Shown here piece by piece: positions 41,101 to 53,916 of a stretch of DNA of 64,000 nucleotides. The position numbers were made by a program, and so were the translations under genes. This DNA is from Tubiluchus corallicola. Lineage: Eukaryota > Animalia > Priapulida. Each line of letters begins with the position of its first letter. The first letter of the stretch is position 1. The DNA lies in contig JAQGDQ010000747.1 of NCBI GenBank assembly GCA_030141605.1, positions 38,683 to 102,682 on the forward strand, read 5' to 3'. Below the pieces are notes generated by a model. It searched no databases. It was not told the DNA's origin and saw only the letters and a program-made list of their open reading frames with translations.

Positions 41101-42340
41101 CTGTAGCGTTGCTATCTTTGCCGTAAGATGCAGATTTCGGGGGGAAATACGGCTTAACAAGCACCTCTGCAGGCCAGAAGCTTGGATTCATGATTCGTTC
41201 TTTCTCGTGTTGCCCAAGCAGCTCACGACAGAAGATGAAAGCTTGGACTTCTTCCACACCTTGAAATCTTCGTTGCTTGTGTCCACGTTCTTCGGCATAT
41301 TAGAGCGAGTCTGCTCCATTCCACTGCCACTTTCTCTGGATGTTGACTGCAAAGCAGCTGAATAGCTTTTCTGGTTTTGTGGGGGATGCACTGACAAATT
41401 TGTCTGTGTATTTAAGCGTCTTTCCAAAATCTCTTCGAGATCATCCTTGCTGACACAATTGTTTTTCAGTGAAGCCAGATCCTGTTGCACAGTCTGTAGT
41501 TGTTTTAGTAATACTGATGTGTCCACAGATTTTAAACTCAATGGAGGTATATTCTGTGAGTACACAGCAGCAAATCTGGGCGCAGGCTCAGCATTTGTTA
41601 TTGGTCCATGCTGCAGTAATTTCAATATATCACTGCTTTCTGCTTTTTTCCTGGTCGGGCCGATCCTATTCTTGACGAAATCGGAACATCCAGATTCAGA
41701 ACGATCCGACGCTGCCGGTATCAATTTAATAAGCTGCAATTTCGCCTCGTCGCACTGCTCTTCTGGGTAAAAGTCATGAATAACAGTCAGTAGGTCAGTA
41801 AAAGCTACTCCTGCTTCTAACTGATTTTGAGCAAAATAATTAAGCTCATTGTGCAGAAGAACAAACTTGCTCTCATCTACTTGGCTAGAAATTGCGGAAC
41901 TGATACCACTTAGATTATCTTGATTGCTACTAGTAAATGGTACCGATACAACTGTACCATTACTTTCTGAGATTCTCGCACAATAACATTTGCTGCATAG
42001 GATCAAATAGCCAAATTCAATTCTTGTTGTAGCGTCCGGATACTTCGTCTACACAAAACGCATGTTAACAGAGTCATTATGGAATAAAGACCGATCCAAA
42101 TCGGCCGTGGCGAGAATGGCGCTCAATTAAGAACGGCCAAACCCGTTTGACCATGTGGTTCTTGTAATTATGATTAGGACTAATACAGCTTATCCAATAA
42201 CACCAATGTAATGTCCATAATTAGACGCACAATCAAGCAACACTTGTTTTAATAACCTTTCTCACTAAATGAACATTTTTGCCATAATTTATCAGAGCCG
42301 TTGTTACCCGATAACTACACAAAACCATGTGACCGTGACC
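38198..42340 (-). mobile_element. Near full-length, frameshifted L2-group (Daphne/Kiri-like) non-LTR retrotransposon, antisense in GPCR intron 4
   Basis: ORF1 pieces at 42006-40949 (NEL...FYPEEQCDEAK...DIL...PRFAA...IPP; C-terminal FWPAEVLVKPY). APE endonuclease at 40974-40558 (IVSYNCNS, DIILLQET, GRPQGGLAVLW). RT at 39493-38575 (KSAGYDG, YRPIAL, DASKAFDRV, GVRQGG..SP.LFN, YADD, KYLG). AATAAA plus an (AATC)-like tail at the 3' end. Confidence 0.95.
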
Positions 42341-42404
42341 AGAGAGAGAGAGAGAGTGTGTGTGTGTATGTGTGTGTGTGCGTGCGCGCGTGTGTGTGTG
42401 TGTC
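42341..42404. repeat. (GA)n(GT)n compound microsatellite, right flank of the LINE
   Basis: agagagagagagagag followed by a (tg)n run. Confidence 0.95.
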
Positions 42405-42583
42405 TGTAATTTAGAGAGTCTAATTATTAAAGTATTTTAAAAGGTTTCTAAAGAGAATCATCTGGATCCATTCCTGCAGTTTTCAGCATTAAAATCATTA
42501 ACTATGTTTGCTACCACACTACTTTTTACATGCTCCGTTAGTTACAGCATCTGAAAAAACCTATCTCAATGTTTTTTCTTCAG

Positions 42584-42725
42584 ATCACAGACTTGTGTCT
42601 GGAACTGGTATGAGGTTGACGCGCACAGGCATAGCTGGGCCATCCTTTGTATTATCATTCCCATTATGGTTACACTGGCTTGCTACCTCAAACTCTACTT
42701 GCACGTGAACAGAAGTAGGATGAAG
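42584..42725 (+). CDS. GPCR exon 5 (ECL2-TM5)
   Basis: ttcttcag|A acceptor, then SQTCVWNWYEVDAHRHSWAILCIIIPIMVTLACYLKLYLHVNRSRMK with the ECL2 Cys and the TM5 P...CY motif. Donor AAG|gttagt. Confidence 0.9.
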
Positions 42726-43475
42726 GTTAGTACGTAAGAGCACTTGTGTACTAAAATTATAAAAGCTAGGCTAAAGTTTGCAATTTCCCACTCATAAGAA
42801 ATTAGTTCGTGAAGCGAGTATTTAAATTGTGTGGAGAATTGTAAACTCCTTCCAAAAGCTATTGTTAGTTTTGAGATATTGTACGAAACACTGTAGAGGC
42901 AAATTTAACATTAATTTTTGGACTTGCAAGTGGATTTATGGACTTTTATTTTATCAACAATTCTTCATGCATGGTTATACATGTATATACAAAGGTATAC
43001 GTACATCACACCTTGACACCGTGTCGTGTGATGTTACTATTGGTTACAGGTAGATTACCCATAATATTAATTTTATATTATGTCTTCATACAGCGTGAAT
43101 ACGATTCGTCACTGACAGGTCTTCAGTAGCTTACAGAGTAATTTTGTGAGTCTGAAAAGCCAGAGAATCTCTGTGAATTAATGGTTTGTAACTGCTCAGA
43201 CCGCAGGTCTTAGGTTCTTAACGAAAAAATTAAGTTAAAAGCTATTGAAAACCCATTATTTTAAATTAATAGTTTCGGTAACTGTTCTGTTCCTCACAGG
43301 CTGTGGCTCAATTGGTAGTTACCGTGTCACAAACGTGTAAGTTTTGTGGGATGAATCGGCCATATCTGAATTCTGTTTGGGGGTATTTTTTAGGTTAGGC
43401 CTGTGAAAAATGAACATGATTTGACAGACTTTTTGGTAAATTTTTTACGTATATTTAAAAGAATTTTACTTTCAG

Positions 43476-43814
43476 ATTCACCTAATCACTCACAAGCCAA
43501 GCAGCCAGATGAAATCTGACATGCAGCTTGCTAGAACCTTGTTCATCATCTTCATCGTGTTTATCAGCAGTTGGTCACCAATGGTCATCGATTTCTACTT
43601 TGATGCTGACCAGAGCTGGCCCGCCGATTATATGCTCTTTGTTATTTACATGGCTCACTTAAACTCTGCAGCTAACCCAGTCATATATGGAATGTCAAAC
43701 AGAAACTTTCATGCAGGATTTGCTATGATACTTTGCTGTGGTAAGAGGCTAAACAGAAACAGAATTGTTACAGAAAGATCCAGACAAACCACGCAGAATA
43801 CCGAAACGGTATAG
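43476..43814 (+). CDS. GPCR exon 6 (TM6-TM7, C-tail)
   Basis: LARTLFIIFIVFISSWSP (TM6 F..xWxP) and AHLNSAANPVIYGMSNRNF (NPxxY plus the helix-8 N.NF typical of melatonin-like receptors). Stop TAG at 43814. Confidence 0.93.
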   Translation: MHLITHKPSSQMKSDMQLARTLFIIFIVFISSWSPMVIDFYFDADQSWPADYMLFVIYMAHLNSAANPVIYGMSNRNFHAGFAMILCCGKRLNRNRIVTERSRQTTQNTETV

Positions 43815-44282
43815 CTAGGTAAAGGTAATAAACTATACAATTGGCTAATTTTAGCCTAACAAATTTTAACGAAGTAGATGTGATGAAAACTAAATGAAAT
43901 CCTTACACTCGATGTATTATTGATTATCTCCAGTAAAACAGTCTAACGTACATTAGGCTTCAAGTCCATTGTTCAGCAGGCACGTAAACAGCGTGATTAC
44001 TGAGTAAGCCTCGATACACCTGTAACTTTAGGTCTGTCATCTTTGACGATGTGAACGGCATATGAATAGTGTGAATTTTTATTTTGGCGAAGTAAAGTTC
44101 GAGCAGAACATAGTAGCGGGGATTGGGGGGGGGGGTACATTACTAGAACTTGGCTCGTATTAAACACATGCGTTGATAGTTTTAACATGCCTATAAGAAC
44201 ATACTGTAATGTAATTTAATGAACTTGTTATTAATATAATGTTAGCATCGCACTAGCTTCCATCTTATACTATAAACAATCC

Positions 44283-44767
44283 AAAACCATTTATTTACCC
44301 TGTTCGGAAAAGAATCCTCTAAAATTCCTCTAATCAAGTGACACTGAAATCTGAAAAAATATACCAAAACACAACTGCTTATTCAAGTGACTAAATACTA
44401 CAACACTCCAATACCTTCTATAAAAACAGTACCACTTCATTATAGCCCCCCCCCCCTATACATACGCGAAAAATATGTACAAAATTCGGCTTTTAAAAAA
44501 TAACAACCACTTTATAACTAGGCGAACATATCCACTGGTTGAGAGAACAGTAACACGAAACGATCTGGTTTAGATTAAATATGGCATTATTTTAATTTTG
44601 TGGTTGGTACTTTTAAAAGCTGAATTATGTTTTATTTTTTTTGCCTAATGTGGGTAATTGTACAAGCAGGCGTTTTTTTATATTGGCAGTTTTTTGCAGA
44701 TTTCAGTGTCACATATATGATTATGGAACAGAATTACATCGAAATGTCATGGAAAATAAATGGTTTT
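44283..44767. mobile_element. Degenerate palindromic MITE (~485 bp)
   Basis: Nested inverted matches: aaaaccatttattt/aaataaatggtttt, gtgacactgaaatctg/cagatttcagtgtcac, ttcggcttttaaaa..aaccac/gtggtt..ttttaaaagctgaa. Confidence 0.7.
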
Positions 44768-44918
44768 TGATTATACAGTTTTAGGCTGGGGTATAATATA
44801 ATGCCCACAGCTAAATTTTATTGGGTTCATAGTGTAATTTGGAATGACATAAATATCTTACCGAGTGCTTTACAGTTAAAAGAAGCTTCGTGGTTCTAGC
44901 ATTCGGTGGTTCTAGCAT

Positions 44919-44921
<3 letters not shown>

Positions 44922-45012
<91 letters not shown>

Positions 45013-45029
45013 GAGGGGAGAGAGAGGGA
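44922..45029. repeat. (GA)n microsatellite
   Basis: GA dinucleotide run. Confidence 0.98.
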
Positions 45030-45112
45030 GTGACTGTTATGGTTCTATGGTAGTACATTGTCATAGTTTTTCTTTTATTCTTCAATGGTGTTTATTTTGT
45101 TCCATGTATGCA

Positions 45113-45378
45113 TGTCAGGCAGCACGACAATTACTACCACAATCTTGTCACAATATTTTTGCAAATATTGAGACAATATGGAAATGTGGACTTGCCATAA
45201 CATTAGACCAACATTTTTTCCATATTGTGACAATATTTTTCCATGTTGGTACCGATATTGTCACAATATGGAAATAATATTGGTACAATATTATGGCAAG
45301 TCCACATTTCCATATAGACCCAATATTTGCAAAAATATTGTCACAACATTGTGGCAATATTTTTCCTGCTGCCTGGCA
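45113..45378. mobile_element. Hairpin MITE (~265 bp, almost fully self-complementary)
   Basis: Ends caggcagca/tgctgcctg. The arms match over ~120 bp (e.g. atatggaaatgtggacttgccataa / ttatggcaagtccacatttccatat), with internal cacaatat repeats. Confidence 0.88.
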
Positions 45379-46227
45379 GTTACAGTTTAGCTTGTAGCTG
45401 ATGCATTTGCCTAGAGCAGTGGTCGTAAACTAACATTGACTATCTATCTTGTCAGTGTTTTAAATGGCAAAAAAAAAGAATATGTATTATTACTATATTA
45501 CGGCGCTACTGCTTAATTAATTGCTCGTTGTTTACTACATACAGGTATAATTTTTGCCCTTTTAATATTTTTCTTAAAGGTATATAATAAACAGAGTCCC
45601 TGTCTGTCTTTGACACGTCATGTCTTTACTTCCAGTAATAATATTTTGTCTGTTTCAGCTTTCAGAATACTGTGAAACTAATCTTCCTTCGTGCAGTTTA
45701 ACTTATCGCCTCGTCTTTACATGCTTATATCAGTTTTCATAATGCTTCAGTTCAATATGTACTTCTAGTCACAATAATACAGTGTAGTACCATTTTTGGC
45801 ATCACTGTAATAAGTAAACAGACTAAAAAAGATAAGGACTTTTTATTTCAGTCACTAATAGTTTTAGTATTTCGACCGTGTCACTCAATAAATAACTGAC
45901 TTACGCATCCTTTTCTCAGCTTGCTTTCCTCAACCTTTCGTTTTTGCAACAAAAAGACCAAAGCATTGTTTGTTGTAAAAATATCTTATAACTTTGCAAA
46001 TATACCACTGTGTATCAAAATACACAAAGCATTTTGCGACCTTCGTTTCAACCAGTGAATGACATGCGTGAACACATCACAGGTTTACTCAAAAAATTAC
46101 CAAACCCATGTCTTAACAAAAAGTCATATTGCAGCAGCTAAAAACATTAATTAGAATGCTATTAAAATAGGAAAACCTAATTTTGCATATGCATTAGTTC
46201 ATGCCTATCAAAAAATTTTGACTCGCT

Positions 46228-49211
46228 TTATGACACTTTTTTGCTTGTTATATTGAAATGTCCAAAAAACGCATCTGTTAGTACATCGCACAACACTTTC
46301 TCTATGACTTCTTCACAAATTTCGGTAGAATGTGCAAAATTCTTTTCATTTCTGAATAAATCCTCCTCACTTGTTTCATTTGGCATATCTCTTATTTGGT
46401 TGAAATAAGGCACTGAAACCTCTGCAAGTTCAATTAAAGCATCACTAAAACTAATTTGATGAATGAGATCATACACAATGTTAGCAATAGCATCTGACAA
46501 AACAACTTGCTCTATGTCAGTGAGAGTAACATCTCCAAAAACCGAATCTTCCAATTCTGGAAAGTTTTTGAAGGTAACACTTTTTACTCGCTCTGGAAAC
46601 ATTTTCTGGTATGTCTCTAGAGTAAATACACTTACAGAGATTGCCACGCTAACCGATGACATTACAGACACAATTGGTTTCTCTTGTGGTGGGTCAGAAC
46701 AGGCAGAAACAGCACTAGTTAGCGACGCCATCAATGTGGTCTGTGTGTCATAAGCTCTGGCTAATTCGTGAACTTTGTTCATTGGAGTTGAAGTTGTAAT
46801 TGGTGGTAATGCTTGATAAGGATTAAAGCCCACTGCAGATGCATTGCTGTCCAGCGGCATCAGTTTTAACTTTGAAGAAAGTGTTTTGGAAATAGTTTTC
46901 CTGTTCACCTGACTTGATGATCTGGTCCTACTTGTGCTTCTTTCACTAGCTACTTGTCTTTTTTTGTTCAAAAATTTTGTCCTTGTTTGGTCAGTTGCTT
47001 GACAAATAATCTCAAATTCATTCAAAGCCGGTACATCAGTACCAAAAAACGTAACTTTGCAAGTCTGCTTCTCATTTGGCTGCAAAAGCACATCATTTGG
47101 CTCAAAGGCAACTACAGAATGAAATGATGTTGGAACAATCCAGTTATAGCTTATGCAGTTGGTCTTGGAATAGTTTGTGATAAAAAAGATGTGACTTTTC
47201 ACAGCAAATCTTGGCAAGACTCCAAAGTTAAAATGATCATGAGACAAATGTAACCGATGTTTACCAGAAGAGCCAAAAGAAATGTCAATGCCAATATCAA
47301 CACACTCATCCTCAATGAGATTCTCTACTTCATGCATGTCACACCCTACACCAGTGAAAGTAACCACTGTTGTTTCTCCACCCTCGACATGAATGGGCAC
47401 ACCAACAGAATATGCCTTCTTTTCCAGTGGCATAAATTTCCACTCAACTGTACCAGAACATCTTGGAGCAATTTCTCCAAATGGAGATAGACAGTCTACA
47501 ATCATACTTTCATTATTATTATCAAGTAAGACTTCAAGGCCACTTAGGTCTAACCAGTACTTCAACAGCACATCTCCGCCATTCCATAATTTGTAAGTCT
47601 GATAGGAATATGCCATTTCCCCCACTGGCAGTGGTTTAAATGTATGAGTTTTGATTGGGACATGTAAATAAGGCTGATCATGGCTTACTGTCATTCCTGT
47701 AAAATTTAAGAGTAACTGTTGCCCATTCTCAACAGAAAATAATGCAAGAGACCTGTTAGTGCCCAGAACTTTGTGAGCATACGACAAATTTACTATCACA
47801 GTACTGCTCGGGTAAAGTACTCCTTGCTTGGGATTCACAGTGAAAACTTCAAAATCAGGAACTGTCCATTTCCCATCGGCAAGATCTTCAGACCAATAAG
47901 GCACTTCCAATTTTACATCATTCGGAAGCACAATATGCCATTTAGCAGGTACAAGGCCAGCATTTTTTAAAGTCAACAGAACACCAGATGGTTCGGTGCT
48001 AATTGCAGAAGCTCCGAAATTACACTCAACAATCGGACGACCAATGTTCGAGTTTTTTCCAGTATATGTTCTATATTCTTTTGGCGGAACAGCAGTCATT
48101 AGTTCATTGAATTTATCCAAGCTAAACCACTCCCACAGCTGGGACTTACTTAAGCCAGAATTGCTTCCATAACGACCTACGGACTGAGCAATTACATATG
48201 GAAACACACCAATAACTTCCACGTTACAAAGATGTGTGCAACTGCTCACTGGTTCCCTGACTTCTGAAGCAGAGGAATTCAGTTGATATGATAGAGGAAT
48301 GAGATATTTTGCCCGTTCAAATGGCAGCAAAGAAAGATTAACTACATTTCTAGTACCTGCTGGAAGCATGCCAAATGGATTTTCTATAGTGAGGACCTGA
48401 CTAAAATGCTCTTCATCACTATCTATTAACACTTCATAATATAGGTCACAGTCTAATGTATTTTCAATATAAAAGTAAGCTAGTTCCATGTGATCTACTA
48501 TAATAGGCGGAATTGTTACTAATGGGGTGCTTGCTGAGATTTCGCCTTTTATTCCCATGCCTTCTGCTTCAAAACTAAAATCTTTCACATTTTCCTTACC
48601 ATGACTTCCTTTGGTGAAGGCAAGAAGAGTGAGTTTCATGGAATAAGTTTGACTTGATGGTGGACGAAACTTGCAAGTATATTTCTGCCATTCATGTGGC
48701 TGAACTGACACAACTCTTGGCTCTAAAGTGATAATACGCTTCCATTCATCTAACTCCCACTCAAAGGTCAAAGGAACCCTAGCTATATTGCACACATTAA
48801 ATGTCTGAACTGACCAAGTACCACAACAGGTTGGCCTCAACAGCAACTTCTCATCCTCAAATTTTACAGATGGGATTTCTGCAGAACAGTGAAGCAGTAC
48901 TTCTTCTGTAAATTGCTTGTCATCATTTAAGATCATTGTAAGAGATGTTACATAGCTTTTGGTTACAAGGGGATGAATGTTTGCGGTAAAAATTTCAAAC
49001 TGCTGTTTTATAACACCTTGCCAGGGTTTCACCTGAATTAACTTTGGATTCTCATTAAAAATATTGTAACCCAGAGGTTCGGAATTAGTCTGCTGCAAGA
49101 TAAATGTTGCGAAAGATGATTCACCTAAAGGAATCGGCTCAAAAAACACTGTCGGCGATAAAAGTGAAAACTTTGGTGCAAGTTTGTTTTTCTTTGGCAA
49201 CAATGTGTGAC
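46228..49211 (-). CDS. CFAP65: Cilia- and flagella-associated protein 65, coding exon 2 (2984 nt)
   Basis: Acceptor gttttatttgcag|GT CAC in phase 1 with the previous exon. Multiple ASH/MSP-like Ig folds, motifs LRPTCCG, LSKSQLWEWFSLDKFN, NFGA, QTYKLWNGG, WKFMPLEKKAY. Recognised as CFAP65/CCDC108-like. Confidence 0.85.
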
Positions 49212-50952
49212 CTGCAAATAAAACAACCACAATGTAACCAATTAAATGTATTTCATTTGAGTGTACCATTTCACAAACTTATTTTGATAAAGTTATTTAG
49301 AACAGAGTGAATTGGGTGTAATAGTACTGGACATACCACCCTTGTAACATTCGAAATGGACTCACTGAGCACAATTAAGAGAAGTTCTTCGGTTTTTAAT
49401 TAATACCATTTTTGAAGGACATTTCATGCCTCCAAACTTCTCAAACCAAGGCAGCCTAATACATGCGTCCATTCCAAATCTGTTCACATAGCCATAACCA
49501 CTATAGCCAACAAATCCCGTAGAAAACATGTGAAACAAAGAACCATACAACTATGTCACTCATTGGTCTTGAAGCTTTTAATAAAAGGAGCCGATTCCAC
49601 TACTAAGTATTCAAGTACTGACAAGTATTGACATACTAATTTGCTATTTAAAAAGAACCTTATCCCATACAATTCATTTGACCCATAACAATTTCAAGAC
49701 CAATGCGGCTGCAACATTGGAAATAAAATGAATTTGATTTGCTGATGTTGCAAACCTAGAATTAGTTAAATTTTGATAACAAGCTTGAAAGACAGGAAAT
49801 GCCACCTAGGCCACCACACCTTCCTCATCCCTCATAAGTGGCCAAATAAATTCAGCATTTCCCATGTTAGATCGCTCACACTACAATGATTCTAATTAAT
49901 CAGATTATTTTTTATTTTAATTAATTATAAGCTTGAAATTTCTATGAGTGATTAAATACTTATTGCAACTAACTCTCTGTAGAAGCATTAAATTAGCACA
50001 CATTAATGCCAAATGTAATGTTACGAACATTAAAATAAAGTAATGCACACTTAAACTATCTACTCAAGGTCAACAGGTATCCAATAAACACCATTGCTGG
50101 GACTACAGGTTATCCATGTCTCACTTTTCAATTCCTTACACATTCAGAACAATTAAACGAAACATTTTGCATGAATAGAGATAAATAAGGCCTGCAAAAA
50201 TCTACAACACATTCATATTAAAATATCAGCAAGCTTTATGATCTACTTACTTGGTGAACTCTAAGAAGTGCCAGTTGCAATTCAGTAAATAGTAATGTAA
50301 CTCTACTTCCATTCATACCTCAAAAACTTACAAAAAATGAAACAAGTGCTAAGTAAAAGTTTCTACCAAAGAACTTTGACCAGAATTCTTTAGCCTGGCA
50401 AAAAGTTTACCTAATATATATATATATATGTACAATTGTTTAGTTATGCTTCTACTGTTACTGCACAAGTGACTACTCACCATAGTTATGCCGATCCATT
50501 GTAAGAGCTAACAAAATAAAGTTAGGAACATCAGTAATTTGACAGTGAAAAATGACAAAACATAACTAGTTATTAATTAGCTTTTCAATAGAACATGCTT
50601 AAAGTCTATATGTGAACAGTAAATGATCATGCATCTGCTTTTATGTTATGATGCATATTTAAGTAATGGTAGCTTTTCCTTGGAAGGAGTTACTCCTGTG
50701 AATTGTGATGGGACAAAAAGACTGCTTTCAGTCAGGTTACAACTGGACTGGTTAGAAAGCAACCAGTAAAGAAGCCAACGCCAGTCTAACATATTGTGCG
50801 ACACTGAAATTTGTTTTGTAACATCATGCATTGACTTTTCACCTTTTAATTTACTTTGCATACTTTGCTACTATAATATATTGCTTATGATGTTACAAAA
50901 GGCTAGTTAACTAAGCAGTTTGCTATTGAAACAGAAATGCGCTTAAAATTAC

Positions 50953-53023
50953 CCGTTGCATTGAGCGTGACACACCATGTTGGGCTCACAACCTCAGCCG
51001 ATTTATCATCACCTGATTCAATAGTAACACTTCCATCAGTGTAAGAAATGTAGCACTCAAGTTCAGCCCCATAAAACCGGTTAATAAGAAATGGCTTAAA
51101 AGTAACTCTAAATGCAGTGGATTTTAATGGTAGTATGAAAGAAGTTGTTGGAGACACGTGAAAGGGATGACTTTCATCTCCACTCCAAACACATGCTACC
51201 CTTGCATGGGTGTGATTTGTAAGGGTCACAGTTTTTTGCTCTACACACTCCAAGTTTAAACACCGACCAAAATCCAGCTCTCTTGTATCTAAACTAACCA
51301 GCGGTTGATAATGGCAATGTTTTGAGTAATATCCATCATGAAAAAATTCACAGTAATTGACTAATCGGCTGCCAGTATTAAAACAGACAGAATTATTGTT
51401 GTCTCCTTTCTCTGGTTTAATTCGTGAAAGTGATCCATCTGATTCAATCTTTAATTTGCCTGCATTATACATGACAGCCAACTGCTTTGGAGAATATACA
51501 GATAACTTCCTTTGATCATGGAGTATCAATATTTTTACATGTCTGGTTTCTAAAATAGAGGGAGTAGCCATGTCATCATGGCACGTTCCAACTAGGTCCA
51601 CATAGACACAGCCTTGACAATGCACTAAGCAAGCTAATCTTCGGTGGTATCGGAATGCCTGCTGAGGACGGAATTCCACCTGCACAGAAACATGACCTTT
51701 TGGTTTGATCACACCACATATTACATCTATGCTAAAGACACTTTCATCATTATCTAAGATAAATTTATAATAAGCTTCTGCAATTGAGTCATTGGCCATA
51801 TGTAATGATTTTTTACCAGTTTCCCCGGCAAAAACTACACCAAAGTTAACACACGTGGTTGACATTGTAACACGAGGACCTACTCCAATGCCACAACATT
51901 TAATAGTATTTGATAAAGTGTCATCACTAACATAAATATGGAAATAGTCATTTAAGGCTATAGCACAATACGGGGTAAAAGAGAATGGCACTCTACATTC
52001 AGCTTGTGACGGAAGAGTTACAGTTTCCAACAAACAGGCAAACTCACCACTGCACTCATCCTGTGCACTGTTCTTGCACTTCTCAATCTGCACACATGTA
52101 CTAACATCTGAGATGTTGGTTAATATGAGGTATTTTTCACATGTTGCAAGTACTGGTGTCTCTCCAAACGACAATACGTGATCACTTTCCAGTGTCAGTT
52201 TATCAGGATATTCACAATCTGGCAAAGTCACGACAACATGAGGTCGTCGTCCTGTGCCAAAAAGTGCAATAGTGTGAGTTTTGTCATCATTGTATGTACA
52301 AACAGCCTTAGCTGCATATACTTTTGCCACATCTGGAAAAAATTTCGCTTTGCAAGATAACGATTCACCTGCATTGAGAGAGGCCAGTGAAGGAGAAACC
52401 AAAAATGGATAATCGGCAGTCCAGTTCAAGTTACGAACAACTTGGTCGCTATTGTTATGAATCTCAAAGAAAACAGTGCTGTCGAAACCAACAGCACACG
52501 CATCAAATGTAATGACTGATGGTAAGATAAGTCCTGTTTTTGAAGGAATGGCTTTAACTGGAATGTCCAAGCTGCCTCTTGTACTAATTATAGTTATAAT
52601 ACCTTGATAAAGTACATTCATCTCAGGATGAAATGTCATCTGTAATGTGTATTCCATACCTTTACACAATGTCAGTGGTTTCTTTAGTGGCATTTTGAAA
52701 TGTGGAGAGTTCGTCGAAGTGGTCTTCACTTTGATTGTTCCTGCCCTGTTGACATTCTTCAATTTTACATCCTTTGTATATACCGAACCTGGAAACCAGT
52801 CACTCCATACAAAATCAGCTGTTACTTGTAAACCAAATTTCATCAATATTGTGAGATATTTAATTCCTTTGCCTTGAACTGATTTACGTTGATTTGGTGA
52901 ATGTGGTTTTTCTTCAAAGTGACTTGGTAGCTTTTCATTTGCTGTCTTTTCAGATGACGGTTGTATAAGACAGACACTTGGCACAGGTATGATATGTGGT
53001 TGAGGAGGTTTCACACAAAACAT
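50953..53023 (-). CDS. CFAP65: CFAP65 coding exon 1 (2071 nt; joined CDS 5055 nt = 1684 aa)
   Basis: FGLQV...WSDWFPG..YTK...LKNV, EFRPQQAFRYHRRLACLVHCQ...VDLVGTCH, PLKSTAFRVTFKP...FYGAELEC, PTWCVTL. Donor ACG G|gtaatt. A 5' UTR acceptor sits just upstream of 53034. Confidence 0.88.
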
Positions 53024-53903
53024 GATTGTTTATTCTGTGAACAAAAACAGAAATATTTTAAAATAATATCTTTCCGGAAATCTTAACTTGATAATAAGTT
53101 ACCTTTTTGCTTATTTTACAAAAACGTTTATTAAATGGTTAAACAAAGGAATTGGAAATAAGCTAGAGTAATGCTTATTTAATTAAGGAATTCTAAACAA
53201 TGCAATAGCAAATTCATAGTTGTCCTCAATAAATACATTAGCAGATGAGTACCAAGATGAGTATGCACAATTTTTTTTAATTGTTAAGCTCATCTTGTAA
53301 TCAATTACCCCTGACACAGTACACAATAAAGCAAAATTATCTAGTGATATACAAATGTAAAGCTAAATTTTAACTACAGCCAGGTATATTAAAGCCACAA
53401 ACTGAAATTCATAACATTTAAATTCAAAGATAAATTTTGAGCATGAGTGAAAAATTTTACAGCAGCAATTTAAAAATGTAAATTAACATTGGTCAGAGAT
53501 CCATAACTATGCACACTGACTTTGTTCATTTTTTATTAATGAAGTAAACAAGAAAGAGTGAAGAGGTCCATAAGCTATTTATGCTTAACCTCTATCCTTC
53601 GACGGTAACGGTAATAGTATTTTATCGTGCTCACGCGCTCTGCAATAATATTCCTAAAAGTAAAGGAATGCAGCAGTATCTACCGACAGACTGATACCCA
53701 AAATGCAAAAATGCAAGACTACTGCAATTTATAAGGACTCAAAAATCTAAACCACAAAATCTTCTAAACTTCAAAGTTGAAAAAAATAGCATCACGTTAC
53801 ATAAACACATAGTATTATCCATAAATTCACTGAAAGAAGCTTGAACGACACATCATAACGATTATGCGCGATGATTTTGCGTGTAAAGCGAAAACAAAAT
53901 AAT

Positions 53904-53916
53904 GTTGCTAAGCATT
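53904..53916. promoter_or_regulatory. Possible RFX X-box-like site upstream of CFAP65
   Basis: GTTGCTAAGCATT has one good half-site and one imperfect half-site, in a CpG-richer patch ~0.9 kb upstream of a ciliary gene. Confidence 0.25.

Noticed and set aside
43299-43370. tRNA-like start GGCTGTGGCTCAATTGGTAG
   Set aside because: A-box only; the B-box and stems are degenerate, so it is not a tRNA gene.
49212-49269. ORF-track N-terminus of the 1013-aa ORF, suggesting a separate gene
   Set aside because: Intronic. The acceptor before 49211 joins in phase with the upstream exon to make one CFAP65 CDS.
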